Assembly (NCBI GenBank): GCA_028534125.1
Contig: CM052818.1
Coordinates: 37,202,001-37,266,000, forward strand
DNA length: 64,000 nt
Direction: 5' to 3'
Origin: Lama glama
Lineage: Eukaryota
The notes under the pieces are model-generated. The model searched no databases and had not been told where the DNA came from. It saw nothing but the letters and a program-made list of their open reading frames with translations. This document shows positions 11,346-25,500 of this stretch, one piece after another. Every line of letters starts with the position of its first letter. Within the stretch, counting starts at the first letter, position 1. The position numbers and the translations under genes were made by a program.

Positions 11346-12039
11346 CTTTTGAAATCTGTTTGAAGAAAGGCTTGAAATGCCCCTTGTTTTTTTTTTTTTA
11401 ATACAACTCAAAAGCTTTAGCAGTAAGCTGTGAAGGTTGAGGAAATTCCAGAATTTGGAGAGATGTCACACAGTTGGAGGCTGCAAAGAGCAAGACATTG
11501 TGTGCAGTGACACGCTCAGCCTCCCTGCATCACTCTCAGGACCCCAGCTAGGGTCCACCTGGACTGGGCCCAGATGGAGTGGCCCGACCAGCTGGCCCAG
11601 CAGTCAGCCTTTCTTGTGTGTTAGATACGAGATGTGTGCAGCGAACCATCCAACAACCAACCAACGTGCTTTAATTGGCACCTGCTGGGTGCCCTGCCCA
11701 TGCAAGATTACCGCGGGGCTCGACAGCCCAAACGAGTGAAGGGGACACCACACTCTCGCAGGCATTGTACCCCAGAGGGCTTGCTGGTGGCCGAGCACCT
11801 GCAGCTGGCCTTAGTGGTTCTTAGAGATAAGAATTTCTAGAGGTTCTTGTAGGGATGGCTTCTTGGATCCCACCTTGGGAGATTCTGATTTATTGGGTCT
11901 GTGTTGGGATCTAGACACCTGAACTTTTGGCAAGCACACTGGGACGGTCTGCTGTATGGAGCTGACACAAGTTTGAGGAACCCTCCTTCATGCAGCTCAG
12001 GTCAATCTTTTTTTTTTTCCAATCTTCTAGGAACTTTAC

Positions 12040-12575
12040 TTTTTTAAACCGCTTTATTGAGATATGACTGATACATAAAAGGCTGTACATATTTATTGTC
12101 TACAACTTGATGAGTTTGGGAATAAGTATACAACTGTGAAACCAATACCACTATCAAGGCCAGAAATACAACCATCACCTCCTGAAGCCTCCTTCCACCC
12201 CCTTTATTATAATTACGATGATTATTTTGCGGTAGGAATGTTTAACGTAAGATCTACCCTCTTGGCAGATTTTAAGTGTACAGTACAGTTTTGTTAGAGG
12301 TAGGCGCAGTGCTGTGTAGTAGCTCTCCAGAAGTTCTTTGTCATACGTAACTGAAACTTCACATTCTGCAGTCTTCATCTCCACATTTCCTCCTCCTCCC
12401 AGCCCCTGGCAAGCGCCGTTTTATTCTCTGCTTCTGTGAGTTTGATTATTTTAGACTCCACATACAACTGAGACCATACAGTAGTTTGCCTTATGTGTCT
12501 GGCTTATTTCACTCACCCTAATGCCCTCCAGGTCCATCCCTGTTGCCACAAATGGTACGACTTCATTCTTTTTGA
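12040..12575 (-). mobile_element. L1MB-type 3' UTR fragment
   Basis: ctttattgagatatgactga..tacaacttgatgagttt..taagatctaccctctt..cagcccctggcaa..ttagactcccacata..ctggcttatttcact..ccctccaggtccatccctgttg. Confidence 0.9.
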
Positions 12576-12864
12576 AGACAGCCTCGTCTTTGATGGGAGT
12601 ATATGCTACAGAGTCCCGGGAGCAGAGCTGCTGGAGCCAGCTTTTTAGAGTCCAGCCTTTTCTGGGCCTGCTGACCTACTCCGGTCCTAATTCCTGCATC
12701 TGTGACCACCCTGAGATGCTCAGAGTCAGTGTTGGCAAAGGGAGGCCTCAGAAAGTGTCCCCTCCTTTGATACAGAAACAAAAAGATGACTCAAAGGAGA
12801 CCAAAGGGGGGCTTACTGAAATACTGCATTATTACAGTTATTACCAATATTTAAAATTACGGTC

Positions 12865-13045
12865 ACTTATTGAGAGCTACAGTAGGCCACGTACTGTTAT
12901 AAGCTCTCTGCTTCTTTACTGTATTCAATTCCAACAACTAATCTTTGAGGTCTGTACTATCATTACCCCCATTTTAAAGATGAGGAGACTGAGGGAGAAA
13001 GAGTTTACGAAACTTGCCTGGGGTCACACAGCTGGTAAATAAATA
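12865..13045 (-). mobile_element. MIR SINE
   Basis: ccccattttaaagatgaggagactgagg..aacttgcctggggtcacacagctggtaa (MIR core). Confidence 0.85.
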
Positions 13046-13185
13046 GTTCGTGACTACGGAAACCCTGTGTGGAGGCCTGTGACAGCATGAAGATGACGTG
13101 GGACTGGAACAAGAGGGTGGTTTCCACTTCTGGGCTTCAGTCTTCTCACCTATAAAATAGGGAATTTGGATTATATGGCTCTAAG

Positions 13186-13362
13186 CAGGGCTGGCTGAGT
13201 GGGTGTGTGGCCTCTCTGGTCAAACATGGCCCTGATCAGAAGGGCCCTTGGGCTTGGTTTCATACTCTGCTGTTGCCATCTTGAAATTGCTCATAAATTT
13301 TTGAACAAGAAACCCCATGTTCTCATTTTTCATTGGACCCTGCAAAATATAAAGCTGATCTT
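13186..13362 (+). mobile_element. MER91A (hAT-Tip100 MITE)
   Basis: cagggctggct..tcagaagggccc..gcttggtttcatactctgctgttgccatcttgaaatt..tttttgaacaag..cattggaccctgcaaa. Confidence 0.85.
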
Positions 13363-14266
13363 GTTGTTATACTGTTTTTTTTCTTCTCACCTCCCTTATA
13401 GATCCTTAACAATTCCCTGTGCATCCCTGGCTGTGGAACTGCCTTTTGCAGAGATGATGGACCAGTGGGCTGACCTGAGCTTAATGGTGAGTGGAGTTTC
13501 TGGGCTGGTACTGAATCCCCGCAGTGTGTCTGCAGAGGCTGATGGTGGACGGCTTGTGAAACAGGGCACGTGGAGAGCTCTTCGTGAGTAAGGGTGGTGT
13601 CCCATGGGAACTGAGACTGGCTCTTGGTAACAGCCATGGCCCCAGCCAACCGCAGGTACTGTGAGTGTTATCACTAAGTGGCTCATCTACAGGGCATTAG
13701 CAATCCCTCCATGTGGAAGATGGGTGAGGACTTGGAGAAACTGAGGTTTAAGAATTCAGTTCTCCCAGAGAGGTGTTTTGGGCCTTTGTTGACCACCCCT
13801 CACTCCTTCTTTGGCCCTGAGCCCCACCCCCACTTACTCACCGGAAGCCCCACTCCCATCACCCTGGAGTCCCAGGAGTTTATCCCCATGTGTGTTGCCT
13901 CTCCAAAACACCGGTGTCTTCCTGACCAGTGTTACTAAACGCACAGTGCACAAACTTCATTACGCTTGCTGCTGAAAAGGTTTGGCTCAGGAACAAGGGA
14001 AGGAAATGTTTATTGAGTTCTTATCATGTGACCTCCTTACTCTCTTCCCCCAGCTCTTCTAAGTAAAGTTCTAGGCTTGCTTACCTTCTAAGGAAAAAAA
14101 AAATTAAAGGGGTGCTTACCAAGGTTAATGACTTAGATTCCTATCAGCACCTAAACAAAAAATTCAAACACAGACAATCCATCCAAAATGTAGGATAAAA
14201 GGTTCATTCTTCACACCTTGACACTTACAGGCAGAACAAAGATAAGCCACGAGGGAAGTGTCTGCA

Positions 14267-14332
14267 TGTGCCTGTGTGTAAGTGTGTGTGTGTGTGTGTG
14301 TGTGTGTGTCTGTGTGTGTGTGTGTGTCTGTG
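14267..14332. repeat. (TG)n microsatellite, imperfect
   Basis: Directly visible. Confidence 0.95.
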
Positions 14333-17300
14333 CATGGTGTGGACTAGGAAGGCAAAGAAAGGTATGGCAAATTCTCTTGCCATAAGTGGAAGTGAGACAT
14401 TTTCCCCCCTCCTTCCTCCCTCTCCCCTTCCAGTGTTTAGATCTTTTAGATCTTTTATGAATTATGATTTGAGCAGTCGTCCCCTCATCTAAGCTTGGCC
14501 ATCACTTCCTCCCAGAAGCCCACCTGCACCCAGTCCTGGTCAGGTTCTGATGTCTACTTCTGTCCCCCAGAGCAGGCACACCTAGCTTCTTAGTGCCTGC
14601 ATCACTCGGGCACTGCCACTGTTTACTTACTCACCTATAGCCTGTGTTCTCCCTGCGGGCTGACAGTGGCACTGTCTTGTCCACTGTTGCAGCCCCAGTG
14701 AGGATTAATAAAGGTTTGTAAAAAGTGTGAAGAGACAGCATGAGGAGGAGCTCATGGCAGCAACCAAGTCCCAGTGTCCCAGGAGTGAAGACAGATGATT
14801 TGAGTGGGGTACAGTGGAGGCAGCTCTGCCTGCAGGGCCCAGCCAGGAGAGGCGTTCATAAATCTGTATTTCTTCAGACTCGCCAGGTGCCCCATGCAAG
14901 GAACTTACTGGCATCACCCTATTTAATCCTTATAACAACTGGACAAAGTAGATCCTGATCAAGGTTTTATGGAGAAGGGAACTGAATCTTGAACTGAACC
15001 TTGAAAGCTGGTTAGTCATGGAAGACAGAGAAGGGCTTTCCATTCATTGAGGGCAGGTTGAGCTCTGTCCCTGGGGTGTGAAAATGACTCAGGTGAGTGT
15101 GTCTGTGTTGGAGGACAAGCAGAGTGGAGTGAAATGGGGTGACAGTGCTGAACTTCACCCGAGTCCTGTGCTCCTGGAGACAGTGGCTGTTAGGAGGTCT
15201 CCCCACCTTTCTGTGTTCCGAGAAAATCTAACCACAAAAACCACCACCGTGACTTCACATATTCCTAGATAGACCCATCTCAGTTCTTCTTTATAACTTC
15301 CTTAGGACTTGTCCATGACTCCCTAGTTTACCTGCATCTATTATAAAATTCAAGGCCCCTTCCTTTTTCTTTGTTATCTTCCTCATTTGTTCTTCCTATT
15401 GCAATAGATGTAATAAACCAACTCCTTAGTTGTCTGGCACATTTTGTCCTACTCAAGGGTTACATCTGGCAAGGGAGGGAGGGACCAGATCATGGGGGCC
15501 TTGTAAGCCATGAGCAGGAGCTAGCACTTGATCCTGTATGTATGGGAAGCCAATGGTGGGGTTAAAGAATGTATATTATAGATGTATGTTATAGAAAGCT
15601 CATTCTGCTTCTGTATGTGAGAAGGATCGGAAAGAATTAGCTAAACACAAAGAAATTTCATATTCTGATAAGAAAGCATGGGGCTCTGAGCTGGGGGGGG
15701 CGTTGGCTATGGGCGATGTGTCAAGGATACTGTCCTCTTGGACATATGTGGCACCTGGATGGAAGGCCAGGGGAAGGGTCTAGGAGGGCTCCCATGCGTG
15801 TCAAGGGGGTGTTAGTTCATTGGCACCATCAGCCGTCACGAGAGAGGTAATCCTTCATCTGGACCATGGGAAATGAGCAGCATGGAAAACCACAGGTGGG
15901 CCAACTGCATGTAGAAAGCTAAAGCAGGTTTTGATAGCACTGTCAGAAACAGAACTCAGAGCAGGGGGCCTGCAGGGCTCTTCAAATGTAAATAAATGGA
16001 AATTGAGGGGAGGAAACTCAAGTCCTCCGTGGCCTCCCTCCGTCTAATTGGACCATGGCTTTATTTTGGACAAACTATAGTCCTGCTTCCACTGGACAAG
16101 AGGTCCCTTAGCATCATGATCCCAGCCTGAATTCCAAGGAAAGCTGTAAAGATGATGGAAGATGCACATATCAAGTCACCCAGAGAGATGGCTGTTGTAG
16201 TTTGGATTCGGTCCATCCACTGGTCCATTGTTGGTTAGTGATAACCAGGACTAAATGGAGACCTGGGTTTTGGGCTCCCTCGGCCTCTCACCTGCACATC
16301 AGCACTAAGGGAACGTGGGCATTTTATGGCAGCCGAGGGGAGAACTGTTTCTATGGCAGGTGCCACACTTGAAGGCAGTGAATGATTCAGGTGCTAATTC
16401 CTCAGGGAGAAAGGCACCTTTCTTGTGTGTCTTCACAAGCCTGTGCTCAGGCTGGAGCTGTGAGCTGTAGACAGCCTGGTGAAATGTCCTTCTCACCTGT
16501 TCTCAAGATATCGGTGGTTTTTTAAAAAGTGTTTTTCACACATTAATACCATTTTCAGGCCTTAAAAAAAAAATCCGGTCTTTGATTGCCTGAAAGCTTA
16601 ACATGGATGTGGGCACTTCCCTGGATTCTCAGAAATGTTACATTAATGTAATTATGGCAATGATGATTCATATTTTCCTGGCATCACTAATCTGGGCCTA
16701 CAGAAAACTGTTCACATAGAGCTCTGACTTAATCTCCTTCTTCTGAGTTCGAGAGTTGGGCATCTCCCCTCTGCGTCGTGGCTGCCTGGGGATGCACCAA
16801 TCCTGGGCTTCCCTGGGTCCCCCCCCACAGCAGTGCCTTCAGGACAGGTCATGTGCTGGGAGCTCCCCAGTTGCTTCTGAACCCAGTCTTCTGCCCTTAT
16901 ATCCAAGCAGAGAGAACCACCTGTGCACTACCTCTCACCACCTGGTTTTCCATAGAAATCACAAAGCCCACGTGTCTCAGTGTCTCCATATGGAATTAAT
17001 CATCTTTCCTGTCCTCCCAGCCCTCTCCCTCCAAACGGCCATTATTCAAATGTTAAAAGGGAAGCATCTGGGACAGATTTCTAGAGGAAGTGGTGCTGAA
17101 CTTACAGGAGAAAGAGATACTAGCCAGGCAAACCCTGCAGAATGTGACTGGGCCTGCAAACAGGTCAGGAATTTGGCCAAGGGCTTCTTCCTGGATCTTG
17201 GATGGATGGCCAAGCCCCATGGCTGGATTGTCCAAGATGTCCGCCTACCTGAAGATTCCACACATAACAAACAGTGTGCTAACACGGCGGTATTGAATGT

Positions 17301-18049
17301 GCTCTCATGATCCATCCCTCCCTCTCTCCCCTTTCTGCTGTGTTGACTTATTGATTGGAAGCCTGTTATAAAAATCTGAAGGTCTTGACTTTCTAATTAG
17401 CAAATGTCAGAATTTAAAAATATTCTCTCTTATAAGTAGCCAGAGGATGGCAACTTTCCCAAAGTAAAACCCAGGTCAGTGACTCAATCCTGCAAATCAA
17501 CAGACATGAAGAGGGCCAGGGACCTTGTGTGGACCTGGGAGATACAGAGAAGAAGGGAGAGATCGGGGTGGGGGAAAATTAGGATGATTTACAAAGGTCT
17601 TGTTTTTATGCGGCAGTTCCTCTCTCTTTCAGGACTTTGACTTTGGACTTAGGTGTGTTGGTCTGCTGTAGGGGAGTCAGCAGCAGCTGCTCTAGGATTT
17701 CATTTCTCCTCAGTGAAGCCTCTGAGGACAGTAGCTCCTGCCTCTTTAGAACAGGTAGTGCATGCTCGGTGGGGATGGTGAGTGGGGAGATGTAAGGAAG
17801 GGGAGATTTGTGTGGGACAAAGGACTGCTTTTCCAATGTGGACAGAGTATATTAATGGGGAAATATGGCCAGTTTTCTGTCTTTTACATGTTCTCAAAGT
17901 ATTGTGAGCAGTTGAGTGATGACGGTTCCCATGCCCTTTAACCCATGCTCCCTTGTCTCCCTGCATGATAACATGAAATGTTCTTTCCATGTGCATGCTA
18001 TGGACCTACACTGTCTGCCAAACAGCCAGGAGACTGTGGCACAGAAGGA

Positions 18050-18103
18050 GGTGTGTATGTGTGTTTGTGTGTGTTTGTGCCTGTGTGTGTGTGTGTGTGT
18101 GTG
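18050..18103. repeat. (TG)n microsatellite, imperfect
   Basis: Directly visible. Confidence 0.9.
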
Positions 18104-21100
18104 AATGGCCTGGTTGGACGTGTGTGTTCATCAGTGTAGAAGTGTGAGCTGTGTTCCTGTGTGAATATATTTACAAGGTGTTTTGCAAATGAAGGACCAT
18201 TTCTTTATAAAAATAGAATTGCTTTTCTAAGACAGAAATGCTGAGTAAGCAGAAGGGCAGCTCTGAGTTTTAGAAGGAGCTTTCCAGAAACTGGTGCAAG
18301 GAAACTTGCTAATGGTGCTGGGAGATAGAAGGGGAGACGAGCAGACCATGCTGTGTTTTGCATTTCAATCTCTTGTGGATCCTCTCTCCCTGCCTATGCA
18401 TATTTAAAATTCCTTTCAATATATAAATAGGATAATTCTCTCTCCTCATCCCCACCAGAGTTCATTTAACAGGCACAAAAAGAATTGCACATCCAGGCCT
18501 GTCTTTTCCTGCTTCCTGTTATTACTATTTATTGGTTTTTCTCATCTTCTTTTCTTCCTCTCCCATGTTGCTCCCCTTAGATTAAACTGTGTTTCAGGAT
18601 TGAGCGTGAGGGAGAAATGCCATTTCTTCCAAACAAAGCTGAGCCCGACAGAGGTGTTCTACAGGCTTGTTCTGCTCTTTGGCACCAATCCAGACCTTCC
18701 AGAACTCCACTTTGAATGGAAAGCCCCAGGCCTTAGACAATCTGGGTTTTGCAATCTCCCCGTAATGCTGTCCTTTCAAATTCTTGGTAACAATTACCCA
18801 TTTGCCCCATGAATGAAGCCCTGATACTTCCCAGTGTCCCCAAAGGCACAGGTGAAAGACACCATTCTTGATGAGAAGGACACTGGGCAAGAATACGAGC
18901 TGGGATCTGGGGAATGGTGTCTCCAATAGCCAGTCAAAGCCTTCTTCCTGGGAAAAAGCCCGAGGATGCTTTCATTGAGTCTAACGGTCTTGCTTCATGT
19001 GGCTAATGTGAATAATTTAGTCATTTTGGAAGAAGTTAGAACATGCATTCCAAACATTGTCGGGATTTCAAAATGGCAGTTAGTGAGGCTGTGTTCTTAG
19101 AATGATGTTCTACATCACTTTGCATACGATGAAAGGAGCACTGAATGCGGATCAGAAGACTTGAGTTCTGGTCCCGCCTCTGCTAGTGTGAAGTTCACAA
19201 CTCACTTTCCATCTTAGACCTCCCTTAGTTCTCACTTAGCAAGCTGGTTTTATTGATATCCAATGACTCCTTTAATTACAACAAAGTGACCAACTTTCAT
19301 AAATCCTTGGATCATATTTGGGGGCCAAAATATGTGTGTAGTGGGACATAGCACGAGGCACTGACTTTTACATACCATTGTTACGTAAAAATGGTGTTAA
19401 GGACAGGAAGAGTTTTACACACAAAGTGCAATGAACTTGACCCTGGGACTCATTAGGATCTCATTCCTTGGGTTGAGCTCCTGCTGAACAGTGGACAGAA
19501 TCCAGGAGCATATAACCAAGGGAAAAGGTCACTGCTATATGACTCAGCACAGAACCTTGGGAAAGTTTATAACGATTTCTCTCAATTACAAGTGAGGCGA
19601 GCTCAGATGTGAGCTTGAGGAACTTTAGAAACACGCCAGAATGTGGGTATTTCTGAGAGATTAATTTGAGGTGCAACCTACCCCTAAACCTGATCTGCCT
19701 CCTGAGAGACCTACTGATTCAGAAGGCTGCTTCCAGACCAGGGGACTGAAGGAGAGACGTCTGGTCTGGTCACAAATGCAGAGCATGAGGATTGCAGCTG
19801 AGCCTCCACCTAACCAGCATCCCACATGTTTGGCTTCCTCTTCATGCACTTTTGCTTTCACATAATCTACTTAGAAAGCTGATCTCTGCCATCCAGGCTG
19901 TCCTTGGAGGTAAGCTGTGTCACATTCCAGGCCTCAAGCACAAAACAAGGACTTGCCTTACAGGCCAAGTCCAGTGGTCTTCCACATCACTCTGAAACAC
20001 TGAGAGGTAGGTGGGCTCAAGCAAAGAGTTTCAGCTGCTCGCACAGAGCATTTGACTTGGAGGAGATGCCTGCTCTGTATTTCCTCCTGCAATGGCTGTC
20101 ATTTGGGGTTTGCAATCGATAATTTTCACATCTGGCCCATGGATGTCTCATCCGACCACAGGTGTGGACAAGCCCAGGTTACGCTGTTCCACAGGGCGTC
20201 CTGAAACACGCGTCTGTAGTGGGGTCCTGAACACTGGCTCAAACGTCTTCAGCTTTTCATTTGTTACAAATACAGGAAAATAGGCAGCCAATGCTGAAGA
20301 CAGCTCGAGTGCTGTAGCAGGTTCACTGACATGGATCACCCTATGTAACTCTCCCCTGGTGAGAGTCACTGTCCTTATAGATACATCCATGGCACCAAGT
20401 GGAGTGTGATGGGAGAGCCTGCACATTCCCTGTGAATTCATTAACAGAACTCAGGGACATCACCAAAGCCCTGTGCTGATATCACATTAGAAATGAGCCA
20501 GACCCTCTTGGGGAACGGCGTTTCCTAACAGGGAGTGCAAGAGGTCGGTGTCTGATCACGTAGAACCTGCTGTGTCTCTAGTCAGATAGGCAGTGATTCA
20601 AGACCATTCTGATTGCTGTGAAAGGACTCTCGGCCTTAAATATCCTAAACTGAATGAGACACGTGCCCACGATTTGTTGGAGTGGAAATTGTACTTTTCG
20701 CAAAGTTATTACATAGTAGACCCCTGATACCTTCTTGATTCTCCAGACTTGCAATTGCTATGATGGTAGAAAATTCCCCAAAAGGATGCGTGTGCAGAAT
20801 GAGCCAGATAAGGGAGCACCGCAGACTGCTCTTGGAATGCAGCCCCAATGAACAGGCAGCGAGTCTCACCTACGTCAGTTTCAGCTCCCCAGCCTTTCCA
20901 GTCCAAACCTAGCGCAATTATAAGCGGCCAAAGGCCAGCTGCCTTCAGGGTCTCTTTAGAATCTCCAAAATTCTGTAAATGATCCCTGCAAGTAGAACAG
21001 GTCGATTACACTTGAGTAGAAATGTGGACTTGAGAATTTTGGTTGCTGCCCTTTTGAACATTCACACTTTCTATTTTTATCTTCGTTTGGTTGGTTGGTT

Positions 21101-21104
21101 TAGG

Positions 21105-21320
21105 CACAGTCAGTAGTAGTTACGAGCAGGGACACTTGAACTAAACTTCATGGGATCAAATGCTCCCTCTGCCGCTTCCTAGCTGTGTGATCTTAGGCAA
21201 GTTACTTAACCTTTCTGAGCCTCAATTTCTATACCTATAAAATGTGGATAACAACAGGGTTGTTGTAAGAGTTAAACGAATTCATATGCCAACAGCTCTT
21301 AAAACTGTGCCTGACAGCTT
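21105..21320 (+). mobile_element. MIR SINE
   Basis: ctctgccgcttcctagctgtgtgatcttaggcaagttacttaacctttctgagcctcaatttc..tataaaatg. Confidence 0.88.
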
Positions 21321-24300
21321 ACAAGTGTGAGCTCTCCTTTTGTAAGTCACCATTGCTGCTAGAGTTGACATCTGGAAGGTGTGCTGAATAGCATGTCCTG
21401 CATAAAAATATGATAATGGCTCTTGTGTTTGCAACTAATATCTATTAATTAAGAAACCGTCATTTGTACTCTGTAATTATATTTATTAAACCCTAACTCC
21501 TATCATAACAATGATTAGTTCTTGCTAATTAAATTTATCAAATTCCCCCTGGATTCATATCTTAGGTAAATATTTAGTAGCCCTACACTAATTATTCTAA
21601 TCAACATGGAGTGTGTTTCAAATGACTACAAATAGTTCTAACTAATTAAATTGAGTACAAAACAATATCTTATGTAATAAATTTGCAGGTGCTCAAAAGA
21701 GTAGGAATGAGCCACAGGGTACTGTCTCAGCGACCTAACCACCTGACTTAGTGATCGCAGCATTTCCAAAGCTTAGCCAACATGCTAGGGGAAGTGGCCC
21801 GAGAAGGTTTATTGTTCCTGTCCTGATTGGTCTTCTACTGCCAATGTTTTGTGCACAGAGCAAGCTCTGTGCGTGATTCAAGAACATGCCATGTGATTTG
21901 AAATTGGATCCATCAACGCTAGTAATTAATGCAGAAGGGAGAAGCCAGCAGCAGCAATAGGGTGAATTCCTGCTTCAAAGAGTTTGAGGAAAGAAAGGCA
22001 AACTCTCTGAGGTTCCTTTTTCTAGAGGCTTGGTTTCCTTATCCTCAAACCACACTGTCAGTTCTGTCTCACACTGGGAAGTCCTCCCACCCCCACCTTG
22101 CTACTCCCAGCTCCTTCATAACAAAGAAGATGAATCCTTGGATTACAGCCGCCTGATTGGCATTGTGCTGCTAGGAAACTGTAAAATGAATGTATCATAT
22201 TTCATAATAAAAATACCTCTGACCCATCCTTAGAAAGACATGCACAATCGAGTGTGGCCCCCTGTGGGACTGGGTAGCACTGACCACCCACCACTCCTGT
22301 CCTCTGCTTCCTTCTGTGGTGGTTGTCAAATAACTGGCTCTGGTTAATGGTGGTCCCTCTCTGGCCACACACAGGGTTACCTGTAGCCTGAATTAGGGTT
22401 CTCTCCATGGCTAGGGTTGGGTCGGGAGAGTGGCCATCTATGGCCGGGATAGGGCGCTCAGTCTATGACTGAGATTGGCAGGATGTTCAGTTCACACCTG
22501 AGTTCCAATACCCAGAGTCTGGGTTTGGAATTAGAGTGTAGGCTGTTGTGAAGTTCTATTAGGGACAGAAAAGAAGAAAATGACCACTGAAGTACTGGCA
22601 GTTGGATTATATCGTAATACAAATGATCCACCTCAAGAATAAAAAGAATGAGTTCAAGTATTAATCTCTGTAGGAAACTAAATCTTTTCAAAATTGTCTC
22701 TAGCCTTTTCTTGTGAGTGACAAATGAATTATCATAAACAAGCAGCGAGCAGTGGATGCTCAGGGCATGGTGTCCAGGATCACCCCAGGCTATCCTGACC
22801 TTCTATTTTCATCGAGTGGCTGGCGAAGAGGGGGCTGCTTCCTTGCAGCTTACATACTCCACTCTGTTCTTGTGGAGGGGTCACGGGAGACATGTCCGAC
22901 AGTGGATCTGCACTTAACGCTCTTAGAGAATTTCATATGCCCATGAGAGTTACAGAAAATGCACGGACTTTATCCCCCTCTCATTAAGCTGTCACCTGCC
23001 TTCAGTGCAGATCTCTCTTGATGCTGAATATCACTTCCCCCTGCTTCTAGCTCTCTTGAGTATTTGTGATCTCATGCGGCCACCTTTATGTGAGGTGAAT
23101 CATTCCTATGGCAACCACAGTCATCATGAATCCTCTGAGTAAGCTGGCAGGAGAAAACAGCTTTCAAGATAACAGATCCTAGGAGGACCTGGGGTAGTAG
23201 GGAAGCCTGAGGACACTGAACCACTGGAGGTAGGATCTGATCATGTCAGAACCAGAAAGGGTGAGATGACTGAGGCCCAGAGAAGGGATTGGCTTTGCTC
23301 AGTATCACACAGAGCTAGAACTCAGATCTCTCTCATTTTTATACCATGATGTACAAGTAAGTGAATGAGCACAGACTTGACATGTATCAACTGAAGGCAA
23401 ACAGGCCATATAATAGAATCTTTATTGAATCTTCATTTGAACCCATTGGCCTCAACCTAAAGTTTTGTTCAGAGAGTCTAATGCTTCAGGACTGAGACCG
23501 CATCAGGGCCTAAGCCATGTTGTCTCTGAAAATCTCATTTTCTTCCATCCCATTTCTTTTCCAGAGGATGTGCTTGCTTGTAATGGTGGTAGTTTGGGGG
23601 CCTCTGGCCAATGGAGGCAGCTCTGCTGATAGCAATGATAAAGCCTATTGGAGATGGCCCCCTCAGTGAGAGTGTGGGGGGACCTAGCTGTGTCTCTGCT
23701 GCGGTTGGGAGAATATACAGGTACAGTTTATTTAATAGTGTCTTACAGATAGGGTTTAGGGAAATCTACCTGAATGGAGCTGAGACTAGGTCACATGAAC
23801 ACATTTTGTTCCCTGGTGGCCACCACAGTGGTGCCATTCACCTCTTGCCTACCTGTCAGCTTTGAAGAGTCACCATCAGTATCTCAGAACCATGCATGAA
23901 GATGCTCCCACATCCCATCCTTGCCCAAAGATGTCCAGGGAATCCTTTTAAAGGATGAAACGCCTTATTTTATGCTTTGAACAATTTTTAAACCAGATTG
24001 TGACCGAAGAATAGGAAGAAAGCTTACATCTTTTGAAAGAATCTACTACAAAAGAACGTGATGTGCATAGAAGGGAGGCATTGCAGCCCTTTAATTTCTG
24101 CACCTTGCATGGGAGTCTCCTGAGATGGCGCCCTGAAGCCTGCCAATTGTTCTTTCCCTTTAAAGCATTAACCAACAAAGATCCAAGGCCCTTGGCACAA
24201 TGGGCCGAGAACCATACTGTCTGAGCACGTTGCTCCTTGTTCTGAGATTGGCAGAGTTCAAACTGTCATTATTCAATCCACTGTCATATAGCTGCTGTCC

Positions 24301-24559
24301 GGCTAATGGCACCCAGTTCTGCTGCATCTCTAAATCTAACAGATATTTTTTCAGTCCTGAACTTTCAGCAGAATTTAACATAACTGATCCTACACATCTT
24401 CACTCTCTTCTCTTGGCTCTCATAACAATACACTTTCTGAGGTTTTCCCCCTTTGTTTGCGGTATCTTACTTTCTTTTGTGGTTTTCTCAGTGTTAATCC
24501 TGAAGTTTTTTTTCCCCTATATTTATCTATTTTAAAGAATTCAACGACCATCTATGCTT

Positions 24560-24815
24560 GTATTGTCCAGTATGGTAACTACTAGTTAAATGTGACTATA
24601 GAGCATTTGGAATGTGGGTATCTGAATTAAGATGTAATAAAAGTATAAAATACAACAGATTTTGGAGACTTACTACAAACAACAACAAAAGAATGTATTT
24701 ATCTCATTAATTTTTATATCAATATATGCTAAAATGATAATATTTTGAATACATTGTGTTAAACAAAATAAATTATTAAAAATTAATTTATTTTATATTT
24801 CTGTTGGGCAGCATG
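24560..24815 (-). mobile_element. MER33-like hAT MITE, partial
   Basis: tgtccagtatggtaactactagttaaatgtgactatagagcatttggaatgtgg..aaaatacaacagattttggagactta..tatctcattaat. Confidence 0.8.
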
Positions 24816-25039
24816 CAGTGAATATATCCAAACTTATCTGTAGCTCAGACCTCTCCTTTAAACTCCAGACAATGTAACTAATTGCCAACTTAACATTTCT
24901 GATGGGTTATCTGACAGGCTCTTCAAAATCAACATGAAATGTGAGATTTCCTCCCTAACAAATCTAATCCTAGTTTAGTGAGTAGTCCCACCACTGTCTT
25001 CATTTCCCTTTTCTCTCCTCCACATGGCTTCCTTTTTCC

Positions 25040-25500
25040 AGAATTATAGAAATGTAGAATGTTCAGGTGGGAAGGTCATGTGCATAAACACTAATCCTAT
25101 GGTTAGTCTTCTCTGCATCATAAAATTTTTATGTGGACATCTGTAGTGATGGGAAGCACACTTCTTTATAAGGCAGTCTATTCCACTTTTGGATAGCTCT
25201 GTCAGAAAGTTTCCCAGTGATCAAACTACAGTTTGATTTCCTGGAATTTCTAATCATGCTTTAATTCTGTCTCCTGAAACCACATTAAACAAGTTTAATT
25301 CCTCTTCTACTTGTGAGAATTGTTTCATGTCTTGATTGCATTGACTTCTCTCAAGTAAAACATCTCTTGTTTAGTTGATGTGATTTCAAATCCTCTCAAT
25401 CATTCTTGCCACTACATTTGAATACAGTGTAGTTTGTCTGCTTATTAAGAATGTAGTTGTCAAATGGTTCACCGATTTCAGTAGATTAGCTGAAGACTAG
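25040..25500 (-). mobile_element. L3/CR1 3' region
   Basis: aggcagtctattccacttttggatagctctgtcagaaagttt..ttaattctgtctcctgaaaccacattaaacaagtttaattcctcttc. Confidence 0.7.

Noticed and set aside
12521..13042. 173-aa ORF
   Set aside because: Begins in antisense L1 and ends in a MIR, with no recognisable domain.
16756..17310. 184-aa ORF, the longest in the track
   Set aside because: Non-ATG start, no recognisable homology and partly L2-like sequence. The length is compatible with chance in 64 kb.
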